NCBI GenBank assembly: GCA_043228905.1
Contig: JBHGNT010000012.1
Span: forward strand, 4,650,001 to 4,714,000
DNA from: Azolla caroliniana
Taxonomy: Eukaryota; Plantae; Polypodiophyta
Direction of reading: 5' to 3'
DNA length: 64,000 nucleotides
Shown: in pieces, positions 15,501 to 27,471 of the stretch
How the letters are laid out: each line of letters starts with the position of its first letter
Numbering within the stretch: position 1 is the stretch's first letter
Program-made: the position numbers and the translations under genes
Notes under the pieces: generated by a model
Database searches by the model: none
Seen by the model: the letters and a program-made list of their open reading frames with translations, nothing else
Told to the model about the DNA's origin: nothing

Positions 15501-18005
15501 CCGACCGGCAAGGGACCGGTTAGCACTCGAGGATCCGGCCGAAGACGGTGAAGAAACAGAACCGGCCGAGGAAGATGAAATTGATACCGGAACCGGCCCC
15601 GATCCCGAAATGGATTCGGATGAAGAGGAAACGGAGGAGCCGGTTACCGAAGCTCCGGAACGGAGATATCCTCTAAGAGAGAGGAGGGCCCCCCGGAGAT
15701 TTCCGGAACCAGAGCACGTGCTGCTAACCGACGAGGGGGAGCCAGAGAGCTTTGAAGAAGCAAAGCATGACACCCATAGCCGCAGGTGGTTAAGTGCCAT
15801 GCAGGAGGAGATGGATTCCCTGCATGAGAACCACACATATGAACTTGTGAAGTTGCCGAAAGGAAAGCGGGCACTTCGAAACAAGTGGGTGTTTAAGCTG
15901 AAACCGGGAGATGCCGGAAACCCCCCGAGATACAAAGCCAGGATCGTGGTGAAGGGGTTTCAGCAGAAGAAGGGCGTCGACTTCGACGAGATATTTGCCC
16001 CGGTAGTGAAGATGACCTCCATCCGGACGGTGCTGAGCATAGCGGCAAGCATGGACCTCGAGGTAGAACAGATGGACGTGAAGACGGCATTCCTTCACGG
16101 TGACCTCGAAGAAGAGATCTACATGCAGCAACCGGAAGGATTCGAGAAGAAAGGGAAGGAGCACCTGGTATGCCGGTTGAAGAAGAGCCTTTACGGACTG
16201 AAGCAGGCTCCCCGGCAGTGGTACCGGAAGTTCGACTCCTTCATGACCGACGAAGGGTACCACAAGACGCAGTCCGATCACTGCGTGTTTGTGAAGAAGT
16301 TCGACGGAGGAGACTCTCTAATACTCCTCCTATACGTGGACGACATGTTGATCGTCGGACGGGACCAGGTCAAGATACGGATGCTGAAGAAGGCTCTTCA
16401 CCGAACCTTCTCAATGAAGGACCTGGGTCCGGCGAGGCAAATACTAGGGATGCACATCATCCGGGACCGGAAGAAGAAGCAGTTGTGGCTATCACAGGAG
16501 AAGTACGTGACAAAGGTGCTTCAACGTTTCAACATGTCGGAAGCAAGACCAGTCGGGTCGACTCTCCCGGCAAACTGCAAGCTGTCCAGCAAGCAAAGTC
16601 CCAAGACAAAGGCTGAGAAGGAGGACATGATGAAAGTACCATATGCCTCTGCCGTCGGGAGCTTGATGTACGCAATGGTGTGTACAAGACCGGACATAGG
16701 ATATGCAGTCGGAGTGGTGAGCCGGTACATGAGCAATCCCGGCAAAGAGCACTGGAACGCGGTCAAGTGGATACTCCGATACCTAAAGGGTACTGCAAAC
16801 GTGTGCCTCCGATTCGGCTCCGGTAAGCCCGAACTTGACGGCTTTACCGATTCGGATATGTCGGCTGATGCAGATACCAGCCGGTCCACATCAGGGTATG
16901 TGATGACGTATGCAGGGGGAGCTGTTTCGTGGCAGTCGAGGCTGCAGAAGACGGTTGCGTTGTCAACCACGGAGGCGGAGTACATGGCGGCTGTTGAAGC
17001 CGGCAAGGAAATAATATGGATGAAGGACTTCATTAGAGAGCTCGGTATCCGACAGGAGGAGTATCGACTCTACTGCGACAGTCAGAGTGCCATCCACCTT
17101 GCGAAGAACGCGGCCTATCACTCCCGGACGAAGCACATCCAGCGAAGATATCACTGGATCCGGGAAAGGATAGAAGATCAGGAGTTCGTGCTGACGAAGA
17201 TCCACACGGACGAGAACGGGTCGGATATGCTGACCAAGGTACTTACACCCGACAAGCTGGAAGCATGCCGAAAGAGGATCGGATTGGAGAGACATCCCAT
17301 GCCGAAGTGAAGGGGGAGTTTGTTGGGATATCGGTCCCTCCGGATGGGATGTCCGGAGATGAATGACGGCAAGCCCGGTTACGGTTACGGAACCGGATGA
17401 AGATACAGGTCCGATGAGCGCACTCTCCGGATGATGAAGAATACCCGGTATGAAGCCGGATGAAGAGTACCCGGATACGGATCCGGATGATGAAGTACCC
17501 GGATACGGATCCGGATGAAGAATGTACCCGGAAAGAGATCCGGATGCGGGGACATATTTATAAATATGTTTGCCAAGAGCCCTTGAGGCTATATGTGTAA
17601 ATAGTCCGAAAGTCATATGTGTATAAATATGACTTAGGGCAAACAGTTTTATGTTGCTGCTCATTTTCTGTTTTTCACTTAGAGGGAGCGAAGTGAGAGC
17701 AGCCGAGAGAGAGAGAGAGAGTGAGAGAAACGAGGAGGTCGTTGCCTCTGTGTATTACCGCCGCCTGTGGTGAGGACAACGAGCTCAAGGTCGTCGCCTT
17801 GCAGCTCGCCATTGTATACTTCTCTGTATAGTGTTGGTTTGGAGTCTTGTACTCCCGTGGTTTTTTTTTCGTTTACGGTTTTTCCACGTTAATACCTGTG
17901 TTATCGTGTCTCTCTCTGTGTTTCCTATTTTTTCTACTGCATTGATTCGAGATTTCTCGGTTGTGGCCGAACGGTGAAGAAGAATCGGAGCGTTGATTCG
18001 CAACA
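12521..18005 (+). mobile_element. Full-length, very young Ty1/copia element D (same family as A)
   Basis: LTRs 12521-13205 and 17321-18005 (685 bp, one mismatch: 13076 G vs 17876 C). TSD AAGGT at 12516-12520 and 18006-18010. PBS-iMet 13209-13220. PPT 17311-17320. Confidence 0.99.
13237..17310 (+). CDS. Intact copia gag-pol polyprotein of element D
   Basis: Single open ORF with zinc knuckle, DSGAS protease, HHCC/DDE integrase, YVDD RT and RNase H. ATG at 13237 is the first after the PBS. Confidence 0.97.
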   Translation: MEGGSSGQPGMMVLNAQNYADWKIKMEDLLIVRDLYEPIDRSEIPKGVLETEWRLLNRKAVATIRQYVDVSVLQHVANDTNAYEMWRKLSGLYERKNALNRTSLMRKIVNLKYRDGESMVEHVSTFMGFVNQLAAIKFPLEDAMQAIILMCTLPESWENLVVTLSTSCTEDNLSLQTVKTSILNEEARRRDKEPASDSKALLTESERGRQWNRSPQRREKSGTRSQSRGRPTCFHCGKPGHFRKNCRHYRKDNGADDTDSKKSPERNGAYRGATDRRGPDRRGQDRKGTTALAASEEEIMLITEEWELNLAGEEMTWVVDSGASFHLTLEKKYFSSYTAGEHGCVRMGNEGTCRIAGIGDVWLTTPTGCKMLLKDVRHVPEVRLNLISAGRLDDEGYTGSIRNGVMKFSKGSLIVARARKDNTLYLMNARLCPEELNVAADTAGELWHKRLCHMSEKGMKRLAEDNLIPVKHVHLEKCTDCLAGKQNRTSFHSRPPTRRSAPLELVHTDVCQVETKSHGGAQYFVTFIDDHSRKLWTAPLKTKDQVLSVFKELHARVERESGKKLKAIRADNGGEYRGQFQEYCRSKGIRLEFTVPKTPELNGLAERMNRTIMERVRSMLAHAKLPKGFWAEAMSTATYVINRSPSVPLDGDTPQRVWTGKEVSYRHLKVFGCLAYVHVAKDRRGKLDPKTRPCIFLGYGDDEFGYRVWDPVDKKIFRSGDIIFMEDKTLADWESEKKMKSSKSTGEDQLYEEQSRPARDRLALEDPAEDGEETEPAEEDEIDTGTGPDPEMDSDEEETEEPVTEAPERRYPLRERRAPRRFPEPEHVLLTDEGEPESFEEAKHDTHSRRWLSAMQEEMDSLHENHTYELVKLPKGKRALRNKWVFKLKPGDAGNPPRYKARIVVKGFQQKKGVDFDEIFAPVVKMTSIRTVLSIAASMDLEVEQMDVKTAFLHGDLEEEIYMQQPEGFEKKGKEHLVCRLKKSLYGLKQAPRQWYRKFDSFMTDEGYHKTQSDHCVFVKKFDGGDSLILLLYVDDMLIVGRDQVKIRMLKKALHRTFSMKDLGPARQILGMHIIRDRKKKQLWLSQEKYVTKVLQRFNMSEARPVGSTLPANCKLSSKQSPKTKAEKEDMMKVPYASAVGSLMYAMVCTRPDIGYAVGVVSRYMSNPGKEHWNAVKWILRYLKGTANVCLRFGSGKPELDGFTDSDMSADADTSRSTSGYVMTYAGGAVSWQSRLQKTVALSTTEAEYMAAVEAGKEIIWMKDFIRELGIRQEEYRLYCDSQSAIHLAKNAAYHSRTKHIQRRYHWIRERIEDQEFVLTKIHTDENGSDMLTKVLTPDKLEACRKRIGLERHPMPK

Positions 18006-18770
18006 AAGGTGCATGATACATTTCATGTAAGTTTGCTTAAGAGATTTCATGCAGATAAACATTGGAGTCAGAGGACTAACCTAAGTGAGGAAGCTGAAAA
18101 ACCTGAAGCAATCTTAAAACAACAAATGCGCAATGGAAACACGCAATTTTTTATCAAGTGGAAAGGGTGGCCACTTTCGGAAGCCACATGGATCTCTGAA
18201 GAAAGTTTGTTTCGTTCGGATCCCTCATTCTTGTTCAGGTACCCTAGCTCTAATTAGTGCTACAATGGCAAGGTTTTAGACACTGCCTACTGTATTAGTA
18301 TGGTAAGACCACCTTTTCCATTGTCCTTCATTCCTTTTTTCTTTTATTTAGTTATGGACTTAGCCAGTCATGTTATTGTACTAGTGTTTTAGTTTCAGGG
18401 CGAAACTCTTCATCTCGTGGGAGAGTGTTATGTTATGGAGTAGTTAGAAGTAGAGAAATTAGGGGAAGATTGGTTGGGATCAACTAGAGAAATTAGTGGT
18501 CAAGTAACTAGAGGAATTAGTGGTCAAGTAGCTAGAGAAATTGGCGGTGAAGTAGTTGAGTCCATGGGTATTTAAGTAGGTTGTGTGGATAGAGAAGGGC
18601 AGGCTGGTGTTTGGGAAATTAGGGGGATACCCCCAATGTAATACCTTCTCTTTAATATAGAAAATACTCTTCCTTCTTATTGAACTGAATACCCCTTATC
18701 TAGAATTCTTTCTCTCTCTTTCCAGTGCTTTGTAATACTCTCTCATTTCGCGAATATGGAGCACTTAGCA

Positions 18771-21700
18771 CACAGAGGCGGATACATGTGATTAGGCGAA
18801 CACAAGAAGCTACCATAGGCACACCAAAGCTCCCCACCACCACCGAAACAAAGGACACGTTGGAGCCCATGGCACTTTCCGAGACTGCCAAGAAATGGTT
18901 CACTCAACATGGCTTGGAGGGCTTCCTACAGATAGCAGAGGCACCTCCGCACGAAGAAGCAGAAAAGGTCACGAAGAAGATCGACCTAGAAGTAATCACG
19001 GAGGAGGCCATCCCCGCCTTAATCGGATTGCCGGAGGGAGAGATCTACTCCATTGAGAATCCTTCCCCAGAGACGTTGACGAAGTTCTTCGGAGTGTACT
19101 CCCTGGCCAGCAAAGCGTACCAGACACAGAGCAGAGACAACGCCTTGTTCCAAGAAGTAGCTCATATCCTCCACAAGTATGGGTTCGTGCACCCCCGACC
19201 CCCAGCAATGCCAAAGAACAAAGCCGGATTCATCATCGCCACATACGAAGGGGTAAAGGTGGATTGTCTGTTAATCATCGTTGATTGTTTGCAAGCGGTC
19301 ATACAATCGGTGGTAGACGGCAAGAAGGTGTGGATAGTAGTGGCTTAATGGCTCACTCTCCTGGTACCGCCGGTGCCGACATTAATGGCAAAGAAGCGGG
19401 GCCGAATGGCCAATACGACGCCAAACAAGCCCTCGAAGCAGCAACAACTCCTTGTCAAGCACACTCCAAGTTGGACAGAGGGAGGTTCATCGCAAAAAGA
19501 AAAGGAGCAGCCTATCGTAAGCAGCAAGTAGAGACAGAGCAACCAGTTAGACCTCTTTAAATCAAATTGCGCAGGCAAGAGCAAGAGCCGCCTAACTTGG
19601 CTCAAGGGATAAACATGGGAACCCAAGAGGAGGAGGCAGAAGAAGAACCCGTCGACACTCTCCTACATCGCCAAAGGAGAAGCGACGCGGAGCAGAAGGG
19701 GGACGAATCGGGTCCGGTAAAGGACAGCTCACCAACACCCCACTGCGAGGGACTAGAGCCAAGGAAGGAAACTGAGCTTGTTCGGCCAGTAACGGTAATA
19801 GAAGTGAAAAGAATGGCGTGCGGAAGCAATATAGGAAACCGAACAACAGAAAATGCAAGTTTAATGGAAAGCTTAGGTTTGCACAGTACACATGGGAGAG
19901 AAAGAGAGAGAAAGAGTAAACACCATAACTTTTTCAAAATAATACTCAATCTGTACATCGTGTGTGTTCAATGAACACTTTTATACAAGTCCTTTTCGGA
20001 CTGACAGAAGTACTGACAGTACTTCAATACTCATTAAGGATCCCCTACACTAACTCCCAAATATATTCCTTGCTGAATATCTTTCCGATGGCCTCCCAGT
20101 TTTTGCACCGATCCGGCCTTCCTACGCACCAGTCTGTGTACCGGTTTCCAACCAATCCGGCCTAACCGATCGGTCCCAACCAATCCGGTCCTCGGCTTGC
20201 TTAGCCGATCCGACCGATGTTGAGCTTGTCTCTCAACACTCCCCCTCAAGCTCAATTTGAGGCTCTTCCGGATCTTCCGGATCACCACTCCGGTTCCTCC
20301 TGGCTCCATGCCTCGCTCGCGCTCCTCGGCCTGTTCGACTCCGCGCGCTTTGACCCTTCCGGTCGGCTTGTCTGCTCCCACGGCCCTTCACATCTCCCTT
20401 GTTGTCGCAGTGTTGGCACTTCTCCTGCTGCCTTCTTTTCCGCTTGGCCCTCGGTTGATTCAGTGTATCTGAATCAAACATCCGAACCAACTTAGCTACC
20501 TCCGATCGGTTTCCGCTCTCGTCCGAGTTGGTTGTCTCCAACTCGTCTTCGGTCTTCTTGCCCTTGACGGCATCATCTCCCCCATGCTTGGTTGGCTTCG
20601 GCTCTTTCTTTCGGTTGCTCCCCTTATGTCCACTTTCAGACTCTTCTGGGGATCCGCCCTCGGCTTCTTCATCTCACTCGGCGTCGTGGTCTTCTCTCCC
20701 CCTTCCGTGGTCATTCGGGACATCTCTCCCCCTCAAGTTCGGCACATCGAGGTGACGCAACCCAAGCGCACCCGAGAATTGCCGCAACTTCTCCAGACCA
20801 AGAGGCTTGGTGAAGATGTCGGTAGTTTGCCGATCCGTCGGAACATACTGAAGTTTGACTTCACCAGAAAGGACACGCTCACAGAAAAAATGGTAGTGCA
20901 CCTCAATGTGCTTGGTCCGTGCATGGAAAATGGGGTTCTTCGCGAGCTGGATGTTGCTAAGGTTATTGCAGTAGATCGTCGTCGGATCGGACACCTCCTC
21001 TTGCAGGTCCTTAAGTAGCCGCTTCAACCATATGGCTTCGCATTGCGCACACTAAACGTGCTCCTCGGTAGGTCGCGCCATGAATTGACTGATCACCCCG
21101 ACCAGATAACTGAGATCACCTCGTCGGGTCGCATACCTTTCCGGAATTGGGGCGAAGCTTGACGGTTCTATCCAGAGGAGTCAAGACGGACTTACAGTCG
21201 GCCATCCCGAATTTGAAGAGCATACTCAGCACATAATGGCGTTGGCTGATCAATATGCCTTCGGGGGTACGGATCACTTCGATCCCGAGGAAGTAATGAA
21301 GATCCCCCAGATCCTTCATATCAAACGATGCCGCAAGCAGGAGCTTCACGCAGTCGATTTCACCTAGGCCGGCGTCGGTGATGACCAAGTCATCAACATA
21401 TAGTAAAATACTGACCGGACTGAGTCGACCTTTCCGGATGAATAGGGAAGAGTCTGATTTTGACGTTGCAAAGCCCATCCGACGTAGTTGCTGCGTGATC
21501 TTTGCGTTCCAGGCACGCGGGGCTTGCTTCAGTTCGTAAAGGGACTTCTTCAATCGGCACACTGCCGACGTGTTTGTTCCGGAGTGAAATCCAGGGGGCT
21601 GTACCATGTACACCTGTTCCTCAAGTTCACCTTGCAGGAACGCATTCTTTACATCCATCTAATGTAAGTGCCACCCCTTTGCCGCAGCTACCGCGGGCAA

Positions 21701-24700
21701 AACACGGACGGTCGTCATCTTCGCGACGGGCGCAAACGTCTCATCGTAGTCGATGTCGTGTTTCTGCGCGTAGTCTTTTGCCACTAACCGTGTTTCTGCG
21801 TCAACCACGTCCCAGGTCTCGTTTTCCGCCAATGCGTGCATCTCTTCCTCCATCCCGGCACGCCAATTCGCGTCCTTAGCCGCTTCTGCGTAGCTCTCCG
21901 ACTCACGCACTTCCGCTACACGGGTCATGTACACATAATGAAGCGCCATGTACTCATTGTATCAAAACCGCACAACTGGGTTCTTCTGGCGGGTAGATCG
22001 GCGTAATCAGTCATTAGCCGATATTGAGCTCTTCTCGGCCGACGCGGACTTCACTCTTGAAGACCCGTCACCGCTTCCCTCGGAGTCGGACTCGCGTCGG
22101 TCGGACTCGTTCCTTTCCGTCTCAGAATCCAACACCTTCTTCTTCCCTTTCTCTTTGCGCGTAAGCCGTCTTCTCGGCTTCCTGCGCAGGGAATGCATGG
22201 CCGAGTCTCCACTACTCGCCGGCTCTTCATCGGACTGGTCGAACCGACTCAATCGTCCACTGGGTCCACTTAACCGAAACGAAATCGGACTCTCTTTGCG
22301 GGTCTCGATTTCAGGCTCATCCGGACGCATCTCGGTCTCGCTGACCTCATCGTCAGAGCTCAGATTGGAGTTGAGATCCGGAGTCGGAGGCAAGTACCAG
22401 GACGCGGACTCATCAAACACAACGTCGCGGCTCACGCGTGCTTGTTTGGTGCGCGGGTTATAACACTTATAACCCTTCTGCTCGTTCGAGTAACCGACCA
22501 AGATACATTTCTCAGCCTTTGCGTCCAGCTTCCTCCGTTTCTCCTTCGGCACATGTACATACACAATGCTACCGAAAACTCGTAAGTGTCGCAAGTTCAG
22601 CTTCGTTCCGAAATATAGCTCGTGCGTCGACACTTTTTCTCCTATCTGATTATGGATGTATACCGCGGTTCGTACCACCTCGGCCCAATAGAACTTGGGC
22701 AAGCTCTTTTCTTCTAGCATTGCCCGTGCCACTTCCACAATCGACCGATTCTTCCTCTCGGCCACGCCGTTTTGCTCCGGCGTGTATCTACAACTGAATT
22801 CGCGCTGAATTCCCATCTGTTGCAGATAACCGTTGAATTGACCGGAAAAGTACTCTTTTCCACCATCCGACCGCAGGCACTTGATCTTTCATCCTGGTTC
22901 CGTTTCCATGAAACCTTTAAGGTCCCAGAAGCAGTTGAAGACTTCACTCTTCTTATCGATAAGGTAGATCCATGTGTGTCGTGTGTAGTCGTCGATGAAG
23001 GAGACGAAATATCGGATCCCGCCAAGACTAACGTTTTGTGCCGGCCCCCACACATCGGAGTGTATCAAGTCAAGCTTCTTGTGGCTCCGGTTACACTCGT
23101 TGGGGAAAGGAAGTCGATGTTGCTTCCCAAGCTGGCAGGCTTCACAAATTTGTGCCTTCCGGCCACTAAATTTGGGCAATCCGAACACCACTTGTTTCAA
23201 TTGCAGGTCTTGAAGCCGTTGGTAGTTGACGTGGCCTATCTACTTGTGCCATAAGTCGATGTCCGACTCGACTTTTTGTCCCTTCATGAACATTGTGGTG
23301 CCACAGTCAGTAGAGTCGAGGATGAACATCCTCCCATCTCTGCGCCCTTGGGCAATAACACGGCCTTCTTCCTCAATGAAGCACCTGAGGTGTGTAAACC
23401 GGACCTCCATCCCTTGGTCGACAATCTATCCGACCGACACCAAGTTCTTCGTGATTGTCGAGATGTATAACACGTTCATGAGTTTCCCTTTCTACCCGAC
23501 ATGGCTCAGAGGAACTTCTCTGACATTCGCGATCGGATGCGGAGTGTCGTCTCCGGTTGCGATTACTCCCAGTTGCATCGGTTTTTCTAGGTACAAGAAC
23601 CACTCCTTATGGCTCGTCCTGTGATTTGACGCGCTGGAGTCGACGTACCACACCTCATCCGATTTCAGGGTGGTCTGCTTCATTGAGTTTGCTTCGTGTC
23701 TTGTCACGAAGGCAGACCCTTTTCCGGCTTTTCCGGATCCTTCGGTGTAGTGCGATCGCTACCGGTTTCCTTTGTCGGTATGTCCGGAACCAGATCCGGA
23801 ACCGGTCCTCTCCGACTCGGTGCACTTTTTCCAGCACTCGCTCTCCCTGTGGCCTTTCCTACCATAGTACCAGCATTCTGTGGTGGGTTTCCCTTGCCGA
23901 TTCTCATTGCCTCAACTTCCCCTGTTTCCGGAGGGTCCGAAATTGTTGTCGCCATCATTTCGGTGCCTCCTTCCTTGATCTCGTCGGCTGTCTCCATTGC
24001 GCACTGACTCGCCTCGTCCTCCACGTCCACGGGGCCTATCTCCCTCCCTGTACAGCATCTTGTTGTCGGTGTGCATGCTCGTTGACGCACCCGTGTGGTC
24101 CTCCTCTACCACGAGCATCGTTGTAAGTCGAAAAAGGACGGCGTATTCTCCCAGGTACACACAACAATTCGGAACGCCCCCGAACTTCGACGCCAAACCC
24201 CCGAGACAGACCTGGACCATCTCGCTTTCCTCGATGTTCACATCGATGGAAGCTAAGGAGTCGCATATGTCCTTGATCTTTGAGGTATAGTCAGCCACCG
24301 ACAAATCGCGTTGTTGTAGGTTGCTCAACTCCTGTCGGAGCTGAAGCTTCCTGGCTGTGGTGCTCGTGGCGAAGATCTTCTTCATATTTTCCCACGCACC
24401 CTTCGGTGTTTTTGCATCCCGAACGTAGCTTAATAGTTGTTCACCCACAGAAGATGTGAAACAGTACAGCACTCTGCTCGTCGATTGTCCCCACGCCAGG
24501 AAGTCTCTGTGTGTCGATTTGGGTGCCGTGTCATTCGCTCCTTTGACATAGCTCCAATAACCGTGCCCAAGCAGGTACTGGTGCATCTTGTAGGACCAAG
24601 ATGAGTAGTTGGTTCTATCGAGCTTCTCCGTCGGAAGTGAGCTAGCCATTCCTCTGTCCATCGGTTTTCTTGTTCTTCTTCGTTGGTTTTTCCTTCAAGC

Positions 24701-26324
24701 AAAGTCAGCTGCAGAGGTTCTCAACTCTCGCGCTCTGATACCATGAAAAGAATGGTGTGCGGAAGCAATATAGGAAACCGAACAACAAAAAACGCAGGTT
24801 TAATGGAAAGCTTAGGTGTGCACAGTACGCACAAGAGAGACAAAGAGAGAAAGAGTAAACACCAGAACTTTTTCAAAATAATACTGAATTTGTACATCGT
24901 GTGTGTTCAATGAACACTTTTATACAAGTCCTTTTCGGACTGACAAAAGTACTAACAGTACTTCAATGCTCATTAAGGAGCCCCTACACTAACTCCCAAA
25001 TATATTCCTTGCGGAATATCTTTCCGATGGCCTCCCGGTTTCTGCACCAATCCGGCCTTCCTATGCACCGGTCTGCGTACCGGTTTCCAACCGATCCAGC
25101 CTAACCGATCGGTCCCAACCAATCCGGTCCTCGGCTTGCTCAGTCGATCCGGCCAATGTTGAGCTTGTCTCTCAACAAGAAGTACCAATCTCACCAGGTC
25201 GATGGGCATAGCAAGAGAAGGAGTTGCCACTAGAGACAACAATACAACAAGGGTTTGTGGTGAGAGCAGAGCCAACACCACAACCGCAACCGGCAAGGCA
25301 ACAAGGCACTACCAGTCAATGGTTGCGATGGATTGGAGTGCAGGTGGCTGGGGTTATAAGCCAAATTGAAGCGGAAGAGAGAGCACAACAGGATCAGTTG
25401 TTTGCCACAACCAAAGAACTCGAGAAGGCCCGGTCAAGGATCCAGAGCATGGAGGAAGAAGTAGAGAAGGCCAAAGCAGACGCGCTGACAGGACTAGAAC
25501 TGGTGGCACCGGTAACTGAAGTGCATCGTATAAAACAGGCAACCGCGGGCCTAATAAAGAAGATAAAGGGGGAAAAGCAGGTTGCAGAGGACAAGTCCAA
25601 GATGGGGCTCAGCCGGATCCGCGTCATTGTGCTAGCATGGAATGAAAGGACAAAGAGTATGATTGGTGAAAGCTCAATGCAATGGTGGTCAAAATGGGCA
25701 CAACAAGCAGCGGAATTACAGACATTGCGAGCGGATGCGGAAATCCGGAGAAAGGATGGTGACAACTTCTACAAGATGGATGTGGAGAGCATTGTAATCA
25801 TACGGGAGGAGTTGTCGGACGATTTCTTGTCCCTGGTAGGGGAACAATTGGCGGTTGTAAGGCGGCTGGTAGAACAACTGGATGATGACCAGCTTGGTAC
25901 TCAACTCCAGTTCGAGCGATACGAACGGGAGTGAAGACGACAGATAGCATCGCAAATGTCAGCGGCAATTAACATCAGTGATGGAGAGCAATCTCCAGAG
26001 CAACCACCGAATGTAGCCGGGACCGGAGGAGGCTAGCCAAACGAAGCCCGAGTAGAACAGCCGGAAGAAGTCAGACCGGAGGAGCCAGACAAAGCCCCAG
26101 TGCAGCAGTAGGAGGAGCCAAGGATGGAGAACCTAGAGCTAGAAGCGCCGAGACCAGTAGAACCGGAAACGAATAGAGCCGGAGAGGAAGAGCAGACCGG
26201 AGACCAACAACAACAACAACTACTACTACAACTGGAGGAGCAACAGCAGCAGCCGATGGAGCAACTACCCGATGAACTGTTGGAACCCCTTTTCCAGAGT
26301 ATTCTGGACATTTTGGATGAATGA
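18771..26324 (+). pseudogene. Degenerate accessory ('plant transposon protein'/env-like, coiled-coil) ORF of an LTR element E, split by copia F
   Basis: Pieces at 18771-19804 and 25183-26324 rejoin across the AGAAG TSD. Motifs ITEEAIPALIGLPEG and GVKVD.L.I.D, then a coiled-coil and a Q/E-rich tail. The family assignment rests on remembered resemblance only. Confidence 0.55.
19805..25177 (-). mobile_element. Ty1/copia element F, degenerate, full-length boundaries (B/H lineage)
   Basis: LTRs 19805-20238 and 24744-25177 (434 bp, about 31 differences by eye, roughly 7%). TSD AGAAG. PBS-iMet 24732-24743. PPT 20239-20250. Frameshifted gag, IN, RT and RNase H fragments with internal deletions. Confidence 0.95.
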
Positions 26325-26357
26325 AGGGGCTAACCGTGGGTTCAACGTACAATATAT

Positions 26358-26587
26358 TGTCCCACGAGCATGCCATGTGCTAGCCGGTTAGGACAGAGTA
26401 TGAATGGGGAGCCAGTTTTGGGAGTTCTAATTAGATAAATTATGATCATTATAAGATCGGACGGATGGATCCGGAATCGGTATGCCAATCTGGATCTGGA
26501 CCGGTCCATAGTTGATTGCAAGTTGGCACCGATTTGTAACAAAGTTGGATACCTATAAAAGGATCCGGAGACGATGTAATTAACAAC
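26358..26587 (+). repeat. Probable truncated 3' LTR of element E
   Basis: Starts TGTCCC shortly after the ORF end and has a CCTATAAAAGG TATA-like box at about 26552; cut off by the gag repeats. Confidence 0.35.
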
Positions 26588-27471
26588 GAAGTGAGTTTCC
26601 CAAAAGCTCAGCCAACGATGCCTCATCATCCATAGTTATCTGGACTTGTTGCTTGTGAGACTTTTGTTGCAAATTCCGGCGGTGACGTCGGACGTGTCCA
26701 TAATTATTGCAATAAAAAAACTTCGGGCGCCCTTGTCCATCGTGATTGGGAAGGTTGCGACGAGCCTGCAGTTGCATGTTTTGGACATCAATGTCCATGG
26801 GGGCCACACCTTGGTATTGGGCGTGCAAATCGGTCGGTGATGGATGGGGCCACCGTGGTTGGGAGTCAAATAACGTACAAGCTTCGATGCATTGGGCAAT
26901 GAGGATGAAATCATTGAATGTCTTGGGACCTTTGTCCCGGGCGTGGCGAGTGATGTCATGGCGCAAATGGGGCCATAAGAAGAAAAGCTACACATGCTCG
27001 GGCATGGTAGGGTCGACACAAACGAGTTGATTGAGGCGAACACCAAATTGGCCGACAGGTTCATGTGTTTACTGGTGCAACATTTCGAGTTGTTGTAACG
27101 CCGTTTGGGCCAAATTTTGATGGGTGAAGTTTTGCACGAGGAGATCCCGGAGGATCACCCAATTCTCTATCATGTAGCTTGATTGTTGGATGTACCAGGT
27201 GGCGGTGACATTTTCGAGCAGGGTATGAACTTCCAAAACTTTGCGCTCGTTAGCCATCGATGGTAACTGAAGATCATCTCAAAGTGGTCCAACATTTTCG
27301 AGCAGGGTATGAACTTCCAAAACTTTACACTCGTCAGCCATCGATTGTAACTGGAGATCATCTCAAAGTGAGGGGGAAGAGTTGATGGGGCAAGACATAA
27401 AAGTGGTGTGAGAAGGTGAGAGTGCCTAAGGTGAAGGTGTAGTGAGCTTGCATGCGAGAGAGGTAAAGATG

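Larger units (their letters stand above)
9530..18770 (+). mobile_element. Ty3/gypsy chromovirus C, degenerate pol, interrupted by copia D; 3' LTR about 18426-18770
   Basis: Protease end (FDVILGLDW), RT (VYIDDLLIYS), RNase H (HTDASD, HEKEML), integrase (GHGG..CVTC, SMDF, HPQIDGQTER), chromodomain at 18009-18257 (FFIKWKGWPLSEATW). PPT GGGAGAG then TGTTA..TAGCA. Confidence 0.9.
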
